In this document: positions 56,805 to 64,000 of the stretch, piece by piece
Layout: every line of letters begins with the position of its first letter
Position numbering within the stretch: the stretch's first letter is position 1
Source: Clostridia bacterium
GTDB taxonomy: Bacteria; Bacillota; Clostridia; Oscillospirales; CAG-272
Length of the DNA: 64,000 nt
Direction of reading: 5' to 3'
NCBI GenBank assembly: GCA_017507905.1
Contig: JAFWAA010000045.1
Span: 5,513 to 69,512 of the forward strand
Made by a program: the position numbers and the translations under genes
Notes under the pieces: model-generated
Seen by the model: only the letters and a program-made list of their open reading frames with translations
The model's database searches: none
Told to the model about the DNA's origin: nothing

Positions 56805-58055
56805 TCAGCGGTTGGCGAGAACGGTCTTCTCGTACTCCTGCAGAGCCAGGAACCACTTCTCGTCGCCAACGATGCCTGCGCGTGCGCAGAACTCGTTCCA
56901 AACGTCGCCGATCGGATAGAACTTCATCTCCTCCTGCAGCATCATCAGCTCGGTGAACTGAGAGGAATCCTGCAGCTGCTTGAGCTTTTCGTTCGGGAGG
57001 AGCAGTGCGTTGAGCAGAGCCTTCTGCACCGAGCGTACGCCGATGACCCAGGCGGCAAGGCGGTTGATGGAGGCGTCGAAATAGTCGGTGGCAAGGATCA
57101 CGCGGTCAAGCGCATCGTTGCGAACGACCTCCTTCATCATCTCCACGGTCTCGTCGTCGTAGCGAACGACGTGGTCGGAATCCCAACGCACACCGCGCGT
57201 AACGTGCAGAGTGATCTTCTCGTTGAAGCAGAGAAGTGCCGAGATCTTATCCGAAACCACCTCGGTGGGATGGTAGTGGCCGTTGTCCATGAGCGGGAGA
57301 ATGCCGCGCGTGGCGGAATAGGAGAGCGTAAACTCTGCCGAGCCTGCCGTGTAGGACTCAAAGCCGATACCGAACACCTTGGACTCCAGCGTGACGTAAA
57401 CCAGGCTCTTGTCGTATCCGCAGCCCAGGATCTGATCCAGAGAATCCATATAGCGCTGTCTCGGGCCGAGACGGTCTGCGGGGATATCCTTCAGTCCGTC
57501 GGGGATCCAGATGTTCATCAGGCAGGGCATACCGGTCTCGCGAGCGAAATACTCGGAGATGCGGATGCAGGCGATGCCGTGACGGATCCAGAATGCGCGG
57601 ATCTCCTCATCGGGGTTGGTCAGCGTGCCGTTTGCGGCAAGGGGATGCGAGAAATAGGTGGGGTTGAAGTCCAGACCCAGTCCGCGTGCCTTGGCAAACT
57701 CCACCCAGGGGCGGAAGTGCTCGGGCTTGATCTGGTCGCGGTCGGCGATCTTGCCGTCCTCGTAGATACCGTAGCAGGCGTGTACGTTGATCTTGTGCTT
57801 ACCGGGAATGAGGGAGAGCGCCTTGTCAATGTCCTGCATCAGCTGCTCGGGATTGGTTGCCGCTCCGGGATAGTTACCGGTCGTCTGAATACCGCCGGTC
57901 AGCTCACCTGCATTCTCAAAGCCCTTAACGTCGTCGCCCTGCCAGCAGTGCATGGAAATGATCACGTTGGAGAGCTTTTCGATGGCAGCCTCGGTGTCAA
58001 CACCTGCTGCAGCGTAGCGCTCCTTTGCAATTTGATAAAGTTCTTTCTGGGTCAT
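56805..58055 (-). CDS. rhaA: L-rhamnose isomerase
   Basis: 416 aa from ATG 58055 following GGAGG. SMHCWQGDDVKGFEN...TGGIQTTGNYPG closely parallels E. coli RhaA. Confidence 0.9.
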   Translation of the reverse strand: MTQKELYQIAKERYAAAGVDTEAAIEKLSNVIISMHCWQGDDVKGFENAGELTGGIQTTGNYPGAATNPEQLMQDIDKALSLIPGKHKINVHACYGIYEDGKIADRDQIKPEHFRPWVEFAKARGLGLDFNPTYFSHPLAANGTLTNPDEEIRAFWIRHGIACIRISEYFARETGMPCLMNIWIPDGLKDIPADRLGPRQRYMDSLDQILGCGYDKSLVYVTLESKVFGIGFESYTAGSAEFTLSYSATRGILPLMDNGHYHPTEVVSDKISALLCFNEKITLHVTRGVRWDSDHVVRYDDETVEMMKEVVRNDALDRVILATDYFDASINRLAAWVIGVRSVQKALLNALLLPNEKLKQLQDSSQFTELMMLQEEMKFYPIGDVWNEFCARAGIVGDEKWFLALQEYEKTVLANR

Positions 58056-58096
58056 GGGAAACCTCCGTATAATTTTATTTTCCATTTATTGTCTTT

Positions 58097-58125
58097 ATTA
58101 TAGATAAAAATTCGGCCTTTTGCAA
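58097..58125 (-). promoter_or_regulatory. Sigma-A-type promoter (TTGCAA-17-TATAAT) for rhaA
   Basis: Read on the minus strand with a 17-nt spacer. Confidence 0.7.
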
Positions 58126-58140
58126 TAGGTTCCTTCAAAA

Positions 58141-58180
58141 CAGAAAATTTACCCCCTAATCAGAAAATTTGTCCCCTACA
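58141..58180. repeat. Tandem 20-bp direct repeat CAGAAAATTTnnCCCCTAnn x2, immediately upstream of the rhaA -35
   Basis: cagaaaatttaccccctaat / cagaaaatttgtcccctaca, with 16 of 20 positions identical and head-to-tail arrangement. Confidence 0.85.
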
Positions 58181-58289
58181 AAAACAGGGATCCTTATGCT
58201 CGTTTTCTGCAAAAAAGCACCAAAAGCAGAGCGATTTTTAGGCAGATACCTAAAAAATCGAAAAAATGCGAAAAAATATTCAAATTGTA

Positions 58290-58318
58290 TTGACAAAATC
58301 GATAAAATTGAGTATAAT
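58290..58318 (+). promoter_or_regulatory. Consensus sigma-A promoter (TTGACA-17-TATAAT) for argCJBDF
   Basis: Both hexamers are exact, with a 17-nt spacer. Confidence 0.85.
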
Positions 58319-58340
58319 ATCTGCATAAATAAGGAATAGT

Positions 58341-58379
58341 TTGCATTTTTTATTCAGTTTTCGTGGATTTTTATTCATT
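58341..58379 (+). promoter_or_regulatory. Two ARG-box-like operators (ArgR/AhrC type) between the arg promoter and argC
   Basis: The reverse complements read TGAATAAAAAATGCAA (58341-58356) and ATGAATAAAAATCC (58366-58379). Compare the Bacillus AhrC box CATGAATAAAAATKCAAK, recalled from memory. Confidence 0.55.
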
Positions 58380-58391
58380 TGTGAGGTAGTC

Positions 58392-59318
58392 ATGGCTAAG
58401 GTATTTATCGATGGAAGTGCAGGCACGACCGGACTCCGCATACGAGAGCGTCTTGCCGAGCGAAAGGAGATCTCCCTGATCACGCTCCCCGAGGAGCTGC
58501 GCAAGGAGCCTGCGGCAAGAGAGAGGGCGATCGGTGAGGCCGACGTGGTCTTTCTTTGTCTGCCCGACGATGCCGCTCGCGAATCCGTTGCGCTGGCGCA
58601 AGGATCCGATGCCGTGATCATTGACACCTCCACCGCGCACAGAACCGCTCCGGGCTGGGTCTACGGCATGCCCGAGCTTTGCGGTCAGCGCGAGCGCATC
58701 CGTGCTTCCAAGCGCATCGCCAACCCCGGCTGTCACGCAAGCGGCTTCGTGGCGCTCGTCGCACCGCTCGTCAAGGAGGGCGTCCTCTCTCCCGACGCGG
58801 CGCTGACCTGCACCTCTCTGACGGGATATTCGGGCGGAGGGAAGAAGATGATCGCCGAATACGAAAGCGATCTTCGCGATCCGCTCCTTGACGCTCCGCG
58901 GATGTATGGACTTTCCCAGCAGCACAAGCATCTGGCCGAGATGCAGGCCATATGCGGCCTTTCGCGTCCGCCGATCTTCTGTCCCATCGTCGCCCCCTTT
59001 TACAGCGGCATGGAGGTGACCGTCCCGCTCTTTGCCGAGCAGCTTTCGGTCTCGCCAAAGCGTCTTAGCGAGCTTTATGCCGACTATTACCGCGAGGGGC
59101 TGATCCGTTTTCTTCCCGAGGCAAGCGAAGCAGGCTTTCTTTCCGCCGCCGCGCTTTCGGGCAAGGACACGATGCAGATCACGCTTTCGGGCAACGACGA
59201 GCGGATCCTGCTCGTCGCACGCTTTGACAATCTTGGCAAGGGCGCCTCGGGTGCCGCCATTCAGAACATGAACCTCATCCTCGGTCTTGAGGAGGAGAGC
59301 GGGCTCTGCCTCGGCTAA
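58392..59318 (+). CDS. argC: N-acetyl-gamma-glutamyl-phosphate reductase (short, type-2 ArgC)
   Basis: 308 aa from ATG 58392 (MAKVFIDGSAGTTGLRI). Catalytic Cys context ANPGCHASG. Confidence 0.92.
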   Translation: MAKVFIDGSAGTTGLRIRERLAERKEISLITLPEELRKEPAARERAIGEADVVFLCLPDDAARESVALAQGSDAVIIDTSTAHRTAPGWVYGMPELCGQRERIRASKRIANPGCHASGFVALVAPLVKEGVLSPDAALTCTSLTGYSGGGKKMIAEYESDLRDPLLDAPRMYGLSQQHKHLAEMQAICGLSRPPIFCPIVAPFYSGMEVTVPLFAEQLSVSPKRLSELYADYYREGLIRFLPEASEAGFLSAAALSGKDTMQITLSGNDERILLVARFDNLGKGASGAAIQNMNLILGLEEESGLCLG

Positions 59319-59357
59319 GCTCAACATCATTTGTGAAATTCGGTAAGGAGTATCGAT

Positions 59358-60572
59358 ATGAATATCATCAACGGCGGCGTTTGTGCCGCAAAGGGATTTA
59401 CGGCAAGCGGCGTTCATTGCGGCGTACGCAAGAACCGTACCAAGAAGGATCTGGCTCTGATCTTCAGTGAGGTCCCCGCAAGTGCGGCGGCCGTTTACAC
59501 CACCAACCTCGTCAAGGGCGCACCCCTGACCGTCACCAAGCAGCATATTGCCGACGGACAGGCACAGGCCGTGATCTGCAACAGCGGTAACGCAAACACC
59601 TGCAACGCCAACGGCATTGAGGTTGCCGAGCTGACCTGTGAGGCTCTTGCCAAGGAGCTTGGTATTGATGCCAAGGACGTGGTGATCGCTTCCACGGGAG
59701 TCATCGGTCAGCCCCTTGATCCCGCTCCCATCGTGGGGGGGATCCCTCGGCTGGTCGAGGCGCTGTCCAAGGACGGATGCGAGGACGCTGCAGAGGGCAT
59801 TATGACCACCGACACCGTGCGCAAGGAGATCGCCATCTCCTTCACGCTTGGCGGAAAGCTCTGCCACATCGGCGGAATTGCCAAGGGAAGCGGCATGATC
59901 CATCCCAACATGGCAACGATGCTGGTCTTCATCACCACCGACGCGGCCATCTCCGCGCCCATGCTGGCAAAGGCGCTTTCCTCGGACGTGGCCAATACCT
60001 TTAACATGATCAGCGTGGACGGAGACACCTCCACCAACGATATGGTCACCGTGCTGGCAAACGGCATGGCGGAAAATCCCGAGATCACCGAGGAGGGCGA
60101 GGATTTTGACACCTTCATGCAGGCCCTCAACACGGTCACGGTCCATCTCTGCCGCCTGATCGCAGGCGACGGCGAGGGCGCAACCAAGCTGCTGGAGTGC
60201 CGCGTTACGGGTGCCGATACCGTCGACACCGCAAAAACCGTGGCCAAGAGCGTGATCTGCTCCAGCCTTCTTAAGGCCGCCATGTTCGGCGCCGACGCCA
60301 ACTGGGGACGCGTCCTCTGTGCCATCGGATACAGCGGTGCCAAGGTCGACGTTGACCGCGTGGACGTTGCCTTCCGCAGCCGCATGGGAACCGTTACGGT
60401 CTGCCGTGGCGGCTCGGGCGTGCCGTTCTCCGAGGAGAAGGCCAAGGAGATCCTCCTTGAATCCGAGATCGAGATCCTCATCTCGATCGGAGACGGTCCT
60501 TGTGTCTCGACCGCATGGGGCTGTGACCTCACCTACGATTACGTCAAGATCAACGGAGATTACCGTACCTAA
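59358..60572 (+). CDS. argJ: Bifunctional ornithine acetyltransferase / N-acetylglutamate synthase
   Basis: 404 aa. Autoprocessing site context PNMATMLVFITTDA. Confidence 0.95.
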   Translation: MNIINGGVCAAKGFTASGVHCGVRKNRTKKDLALIFSEVPASAAAVYTTNLVKGAPLTVTKQHIADGQAQAVICNSGNANTCNANGIEVAELTCEALAKELGIDAKDVVIASTGVIGQPLDPAPIVGGIPRLVEALSKDGCEDAAEGIMTTDTVRKEIAISFTLGGKLCHIGGIAKGSGMIHPNMATMLVFITTDAAISAPMLAKALSSDVANTFNMISVDGDTSTNDMVTVLANGMAENPEITEEGEDFDTFMQALNTVTVHLCRLIAGDGEGATKLLECRVTGADTVDTAKTVAKSVICSSLLKAAMFGADANWGRVLCAIGYSGAKVDVDRVDVAFRSRMGTVTVCRGGSGVPFSEEKAKEILLESEIEILISIGDGPCVSTAWGCDLTYDYVKINGDYRT

Positions 60573-60593
60573 ACCAGAAAGGATTTTTGCAGA

Positions 60594-61457
60594 ATGCAGC
60601 ATTCATTCTCCAACGCACAGCGTGCAGAGGTCCTCACGCAGGCTCTGCCATACATCAAGCGCTATACCGGAAAGGTCGTCGTGGTCAAATACGGCGGCAA
60701 CGCCATGATCAACGAGCAGCTGAAGCAGCAGGTCATGGAGGACATCGTTCTCCTCTGGCTCATCGGCGTCAAGATCGTGCTCGTTCACGGGGGAGGTCCC
60801 GAGATCAACGAGACCATGGCCCGTCTTGGCAAGGAGGCCGTCTTCGTTGACGGTCTTCGCGTCACCGACAAGGAGACCGTGGACATCGTGCAGATGGTCC
60901 TGGCCGGAAAGGTGAATAAGACCCTGGTCAATCTTCTGGAAATGAAGGGCGGCAAGGCGATGGGCATCTCGGGCATGGACGGACGCCTGATCGAGGCCAC
61001 CGTCAAAGATGAGCGCCTCGGCTACGTGGGCAAGATCACCAAGATCAATATCAAACCCGTAGAGGATCTTCTGGAGCGCGGCTACATTCCCGTGATCTCC
61101 ACGCTGGGCTGTGACCGCGAGGGCAACGCCTACAACATCAACGGCGATACCGCCGCGGCCTATATCGCAGGCGCACTCAACGCCAAGCGCTTGATCATGA
61201 TGACCGATATTGCAGGCATTCTGCGCGATAGGGAGGATCCCGCAACGCTGATCCCGCACGTTACGATCGATGAGGCAAAGGCGCTCTACGACGAGGGCGT
61301 GATCTCGGGCGGCATGATCCCCAAGGTGGATTGCTGCATTGAGGCCATCGAGAAGGGCGTACAGAAGGTAATCATTATGGACGGCCGCGTTCCGCACTCC
61401 ATTCTCATGGAGCTTCTCACCGACGAGGGTGCAGGAACCATGGTCACGGGGGAATAA
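60594..61457 (+). CDS. argB: Acetylglutamate kinase
   Basis: 287 aa. VVVKYGGNAM and LVHGGGPEI motifs. Confidence 0.95.
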   Translation: MQHSFSNAQRAEVLTQALPYIKRYTGKVVVVKYGGNAMINEQLKQQVMEDIVLLWLIGVKIVLVHGGGPEINETMARLGKEAVFVDGLRVTDKETVDIVQMVLAGKVNKTLVNLLEMKGGKAMGISGMDGRLIEATVKDERLGYVGKITKINIKPVEDLLERGYIPVISTLGCDREGNAYNINGDTAAAYIAGALNAKRLIMMTDIAGILRDREDPATLIPHVTIDEAKALYDEGVISGGMIPKVDCCIEAIEKGVQKVIIMDGRVPHSILMELLTDEGAGTMVTGE

Positions 61458-61460
61458 GAT

Positions 61461-62627
61461 ATGCAAGATCTGCAAACGCGCGACCGCGCCTACGTGGCAA
61501 ACACCTATAACCGCTTTCCCATCGAGATCCTCACGGGAAAGGGGTCGATCGTGACCGACACGCAAGGAAAGCACTACATCGACATGGGCTCCGGCATTGG
61601 CGTGACCTCCTTTGGTATCGCCGATCCCGAGTGGATCTCTGCCGTCAACGAGCAGCTTTCCCGCGTGCAGCATATGTCCAATCTCTATTACACCGAGCCC
61701 TGCGCCGTACTTGCTGAGGAGCTTTGCATGCGCACGGGCATGAAGAAGGTGTTCTTCTCCAACTCGGGCGCTGAAGCGAATGAGTGCGCCATCAAGGTCG
61801 CTCGCAAGTATGCGGCAGAGAAGAAGGAAAGCGACTGCTTCTATATCCTCACGCTGGAAAACAGCTTTCACGGCCGCACGCTGACCACCCTTGCGGCAAC
61901 GGGGCAGGACAAGTTCCATCAGCTCTTTCAGCCCTTGACTCCGGGCTTCCTGCACACCCCGGCAAACGATTTTGAGGCCTTGAAGGCCATGACCGAGCAG
62001 TATCCCGTGGCAGGCATTCTTCTGGAATGCGTGCAGGGAGAGGGGGGCGTGATCCCGCTTGAGCCGGAGTTCCTCCAAAAGACCGCCGCGCTTGCCAAGG
62101 AGAAGGACATTCTTCTGATGGTGGACGAGGTCCAGACGGGCAACGGCCGCACGGGCTCGCTTTACGCCTATATGCAATTCGGTATTGCGCCCGACGTCGT
62201 TTCAACCGCAAAGGGACTTGGCGGAGGCCTTCCCATCGGAGCAACGCTCCTTGGCGAGAAGGTCGAGTCGGTTCTCGGCTTTGGCGATCACGGCTCCACC
62301 TTTGGCGGCAATCCCATCGCCTGCGCGGGCGCGCTGAGCATTCTGCGCCGCATAGACGATGCCTTACTTGATGAGGTCAGGGAGAAAAGCGCGTACGTCT
62401 TTTCCGCACTTTCGGGTGCCGACGGCGTTGAGAGCGTGAGCGGACTTGGTCTGATGATCGGCATCAAGACGAGAAAGCCTGCCGCCGACGTGATCCGCCT
62501 GTGCATGGAGAAGGGCGTGCTTTGCCTTTCCGCCAAGGATAAGGTCAGACTCCTGCCCGCACTTAACATTCCGTTTGACACACTCAAGCAGGCCGTAAGC
62601 ATCATCCGCAAGTCCTGCGCCGAATAA
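61461..62627 (+). CDS. argD: Acetylornithine aminotransferase
   Basis: 388 aa. Class III aminotransferase with FFSNSGAEANE, DEVQTGNGRTG and the PLP-Lys context STAKGLGGG. Confidence 0.93.
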   Translation: MQDLQTRDRAYVANTYNRFPIEILTGKGSIVTDTQGKHYIDMGSGIGVTSFGIADPEWISAVNEQLSRVQHMSNLYYTEPCAVLAEELCMRTGMKKVFFSNSGAEANECAIKVARKYAAEKKESDCFYILTLENSFHGRTLTTLAATGQDKFHQLFQPLTPGFLHTPANDFEALKAMTEQYPVAGILLECVQGEGGVIPLEPEFLQKTAALAKEKDILLMVDEVQTGNGRTGSLYAYMQFGIAPDVVSTAKGLGGGLPIGATLLGEKVESVLGFGDHGSTFGGNPIACAGALSILRRIDDALLDEVREKSAYVFSALSGADGVESVSGLGLMIGIKTRKPAADVIRLCMEKGVLCLSAKDKVRLLPALNIPFDTLKQAVSIIRKSCAE

Positions 62628-62639
62628 GGAGAACGCACT

Positions 62640-63626
62640 ATGCTCAATCTGAAGGGAAAACACTTTCTGACGCTTCTGGATCTGACTCCCGAGGAGATCG
62701 GGGGACTTCTCGATCTTGCGGCAGAGCTGAAGCAAAAGAAGAAGGCGGGCATTCCGCATCGCCTTTTTGAGGGAAAGAGCATCGCCCTCATCTTTGAAAA
62801 GACCAGCACGCGCACGCGCTGTGCCTTTGAGGTTGCCGCGGCAGACCTCGGTATGCATCCCGTCTATCTGGACCCTAAGGGCTCGCAGATCGGCAAGAAG
62901 GAGAGCATCGCCGATACCGCACGCGTACTTGGCCGTATGTTTGACGGCATCGAGTACCGCGGCTTTGGCCAGGAGATCGTTGAGGAGCTTGCCGCAAACG
63001 CAGGCGTTCCCGTGTGGAACGGACTGACCAACGAATACCATCCCACCCAGATCTTAGCCGATTTTCTTACCATTCGGGAGCATTTCGGCTCCCTTGCGGG
63101 AAAGAAGCTCGTTTACATGGGAGATGCGCGCTACAATATGGGCAACTCCCTGATGATCGGGTGCGCCAAGATGGGAATGCAGTTCGTCGCCTGCGCACCG
63201 AAGGCGTATTTCCCGTCGCCCGAGCTGGTCGAGAAATGTCAGCTCGTTGCCGAGCAAACGGGAGCGACGCTTTCCTTTATCGAGGATCCGATGGAGGCGA
63301 CCAAAAACGCCGACGTGATCTACACCGACGTCTGGGTTTCCATGGGAGAGCCCGAATCGGTATGGAAGGAGCGCATCGACGCACTCTCTCCCTATCGCGT
63401 GACCCGTGAGCTGATGGAGAATGCAGGTCCTCAATGCCGCTTTATGCACTGCCTGCCCGCCTTCCACGATCTGAAGACCGAGGTAGGGAAGGAGATCCAC
63501 GAAACATTCGGCCTTACCTGCATGGAGGTTACCGACGAGGTGTTCGAGAGCGAGGCCTCGATCGTCTTTGACGAGGCCGAGAACCGTATGCACACCATCA
63601 AGGCTGTGATGGCGGCCACACTTTGA
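62640..63626 (+). CDS. argF: Ornithine carbamoyltransferase
   Basis: 328 aa. STRTRCAFE carbamoyl-phosphate motif and HCLPA ornithine-binding motif. Followed by a terminator. Confidence 0.95.
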   Translation: MLNLKGKHFLTLLDLTPEEIGGLLDLAAELKQKKKAGIPHRLFEGKSIALIFEKTSTRTRCAFEVAAADLGMHPVYLDPKGSQIGKKESIADTARVLGRMFDGIEYRGFGQEIVEELAANAGVPVWNGLTNEYHPTQILADFLTIREHFGSLAGKKLVYMGDARYNMGNSLMIGCAKMGMQFVACAPKAYFPSPELVEKCQLVAEQTGATLSFIEDPMEATKNADVIYTDVWVSMGEPESVWKERIDALSPYRVTRELMENAGPQCRFMHCLPAFHDLKTEVGKEIHETFGLTCMEVTDEVFESEASIVFDEAENRMHTIKAVMAATL

Positions 63627-63635
63627 GCAAACGAA

Positions 63636-63676
63636 AAGTGCCACCGATGCTTACCCATCGGTGGTGCTTCTTCTTT
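63636..63676 (+). terminator. Rho-independent terminator after argF
   Basis: CCACCGATG / CATCGGTGG core, extendable to about 14 bp with G-U pairs, followed by a T-rich tract. Confidence 0.7.
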
Positions 63677-63720
63677 GGGAAAAGGCACCGTCTTTTTTCC
63701 GAAAATCTCCAAAAGTGTTC

Positions 63721-63749
63721 TTGATTTTCCCAATCAAGTGTGCTATAAT
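63721..63749 (+). promoter_or_regulatory. Sigma-A-type promoter (TTGATT-17-TATAAT, TGc extended -10) for the M18 aminopeptidase gene
   Basis: Hexamers and spacing counted directly. Confidence 0.7.
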
Positions 63750-63784
63750 GATACTGTATGTTTATCAGAACGGAGGATGTCGCC

Positions 63785-64000
63785 TTGAAGAAGCAGGATC
63801 TGCAGGAAACGAAGCAACTTTTACACTTTATCGAGAAAAGTCCCACCGCCTTCCATGCGGTGCAGACCGTCGTAGAGGAGCTGGAAAAACAGGGCTTTAC
63901 CCGTCTTGAGGAGGGAGGCGAATGGTCGCTTTCTCCCGGAGAGGGCTATTTCGTCACGCGCAACCAATCCTCCGTCATCGCCTTCCGCCTGCCCAAGGAG
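63785..64000 (+). CDS. M18-family aminopeptidase, N-terminal 72 codons; continues past the window end
   Basis: Not in the ORF track because it is truncated. TTG lies 7 nt after GGAGGA. My own translation, MKKQDLQETKQLLHFIEKSPTAFHAVQTVVEELEKQGFTRL...YFVTRNQSSVIAF, matches the typical M18 N-terminus. Confidence 0.7.
   Translation, partial: MKKQDLQETKQLLHFIEKSPTAFHAVQTVVEELEKQGFTRLEEGGEWSLSPGEGYFVTRNQSSVIAFRLPKE

Noticed and set aside
54487-56901. 804-aa ORF antisense to topB
   Set aside because: Same reasoning: an antisense shadow of a gene with clear TOPRIM and type IA motifs. It also runs through the topB/rhaA terminator.
58371-60602. 743-aa ORF antisense to argC and argJ
   Set aside because: This is a shadow frame spanning two real genes and their intergenic spacer. 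It has no motifs and no RBS, and the sense-strand genes are strongly supported.
1-64000. Search for tRNA, rRNA, CRISPR repeats, IS elements/transposases, integrases, phage genes, toxin-antitoxin pairs or defence-system genes
   Set aside because: None was found by eye. All gaps longer than 100 nt are accounted for by promoters, leaders and terminators. No repeated spacer-repeat architecture or terminal inverted repeats were seen. A computational scan (tRNAscan-SE, Infernal, ISEScan, DefenseFinder) would still be needed to be sure.

Overview
This is a dense chromosomal housekeeping region with about 57 protein genes. I found no rRNA, tRNA, CRISPR array, IS element, integrase or phage gene. GC looks like the high 50s percent by eye (not computed). 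Gene content and order fit a Gram-positive Clostridia-type genome: rseP-ispG-polC, tig-clpP-clpX, lepB-rbgA-rnhB-yraN, and PolC as the replicase. Several sporulation-type genes point to a spore former: a pdaA-like deacetylase, DUF1540, a BofC-like protein and dacB. An Oscillospiraceae/Ruminococcaceae-like origin is a guess, not a result. Recognisable blocks are replication and proteostasis (polC, clpXP, tig), thrC, NfeD/SPFH, two NodB deacetylases and a 3-gene glycan module. Further blocks are PBP1A, a GH73-like hydrolase with a D-amino-acid aminotransferase, ychF, a WalRK-like two-component system with htrA, and proBAC. The window ends with a Crp-regulated NMT1-type ABC transporter, galE-galM, dacB, pgi, topB, an orphan rhaA, argCJBDF and the start of an M18 aminopeptidase. 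Many sigma-A promoters (TTGACA-17-TATAAT) and rho-independent terminators are readable directly. I do not see a clear multi-gene novel system such as a defence island. The best leads are single genes or small pairs and cis-elements: (1) an orphan 283-aa cysteine-rich protein containing CCCCCC; (2) a MutS-related ATPase lacking mismatch-binding and Smr domains, divergent from an unknown 342-aa protein; (3) a 134-aa minimal P-loop protein upstream of topB; (4) a roughly 150-nt leader with competing helices upstream of the two-component system; (5) a perfect 18-bp palindrome upstream of the GH73-dat operon; (6) tandem 20-bp direct repeats upstream of the orphan rhaA. The long antisense ORFs in the track are GC-driven shadows.
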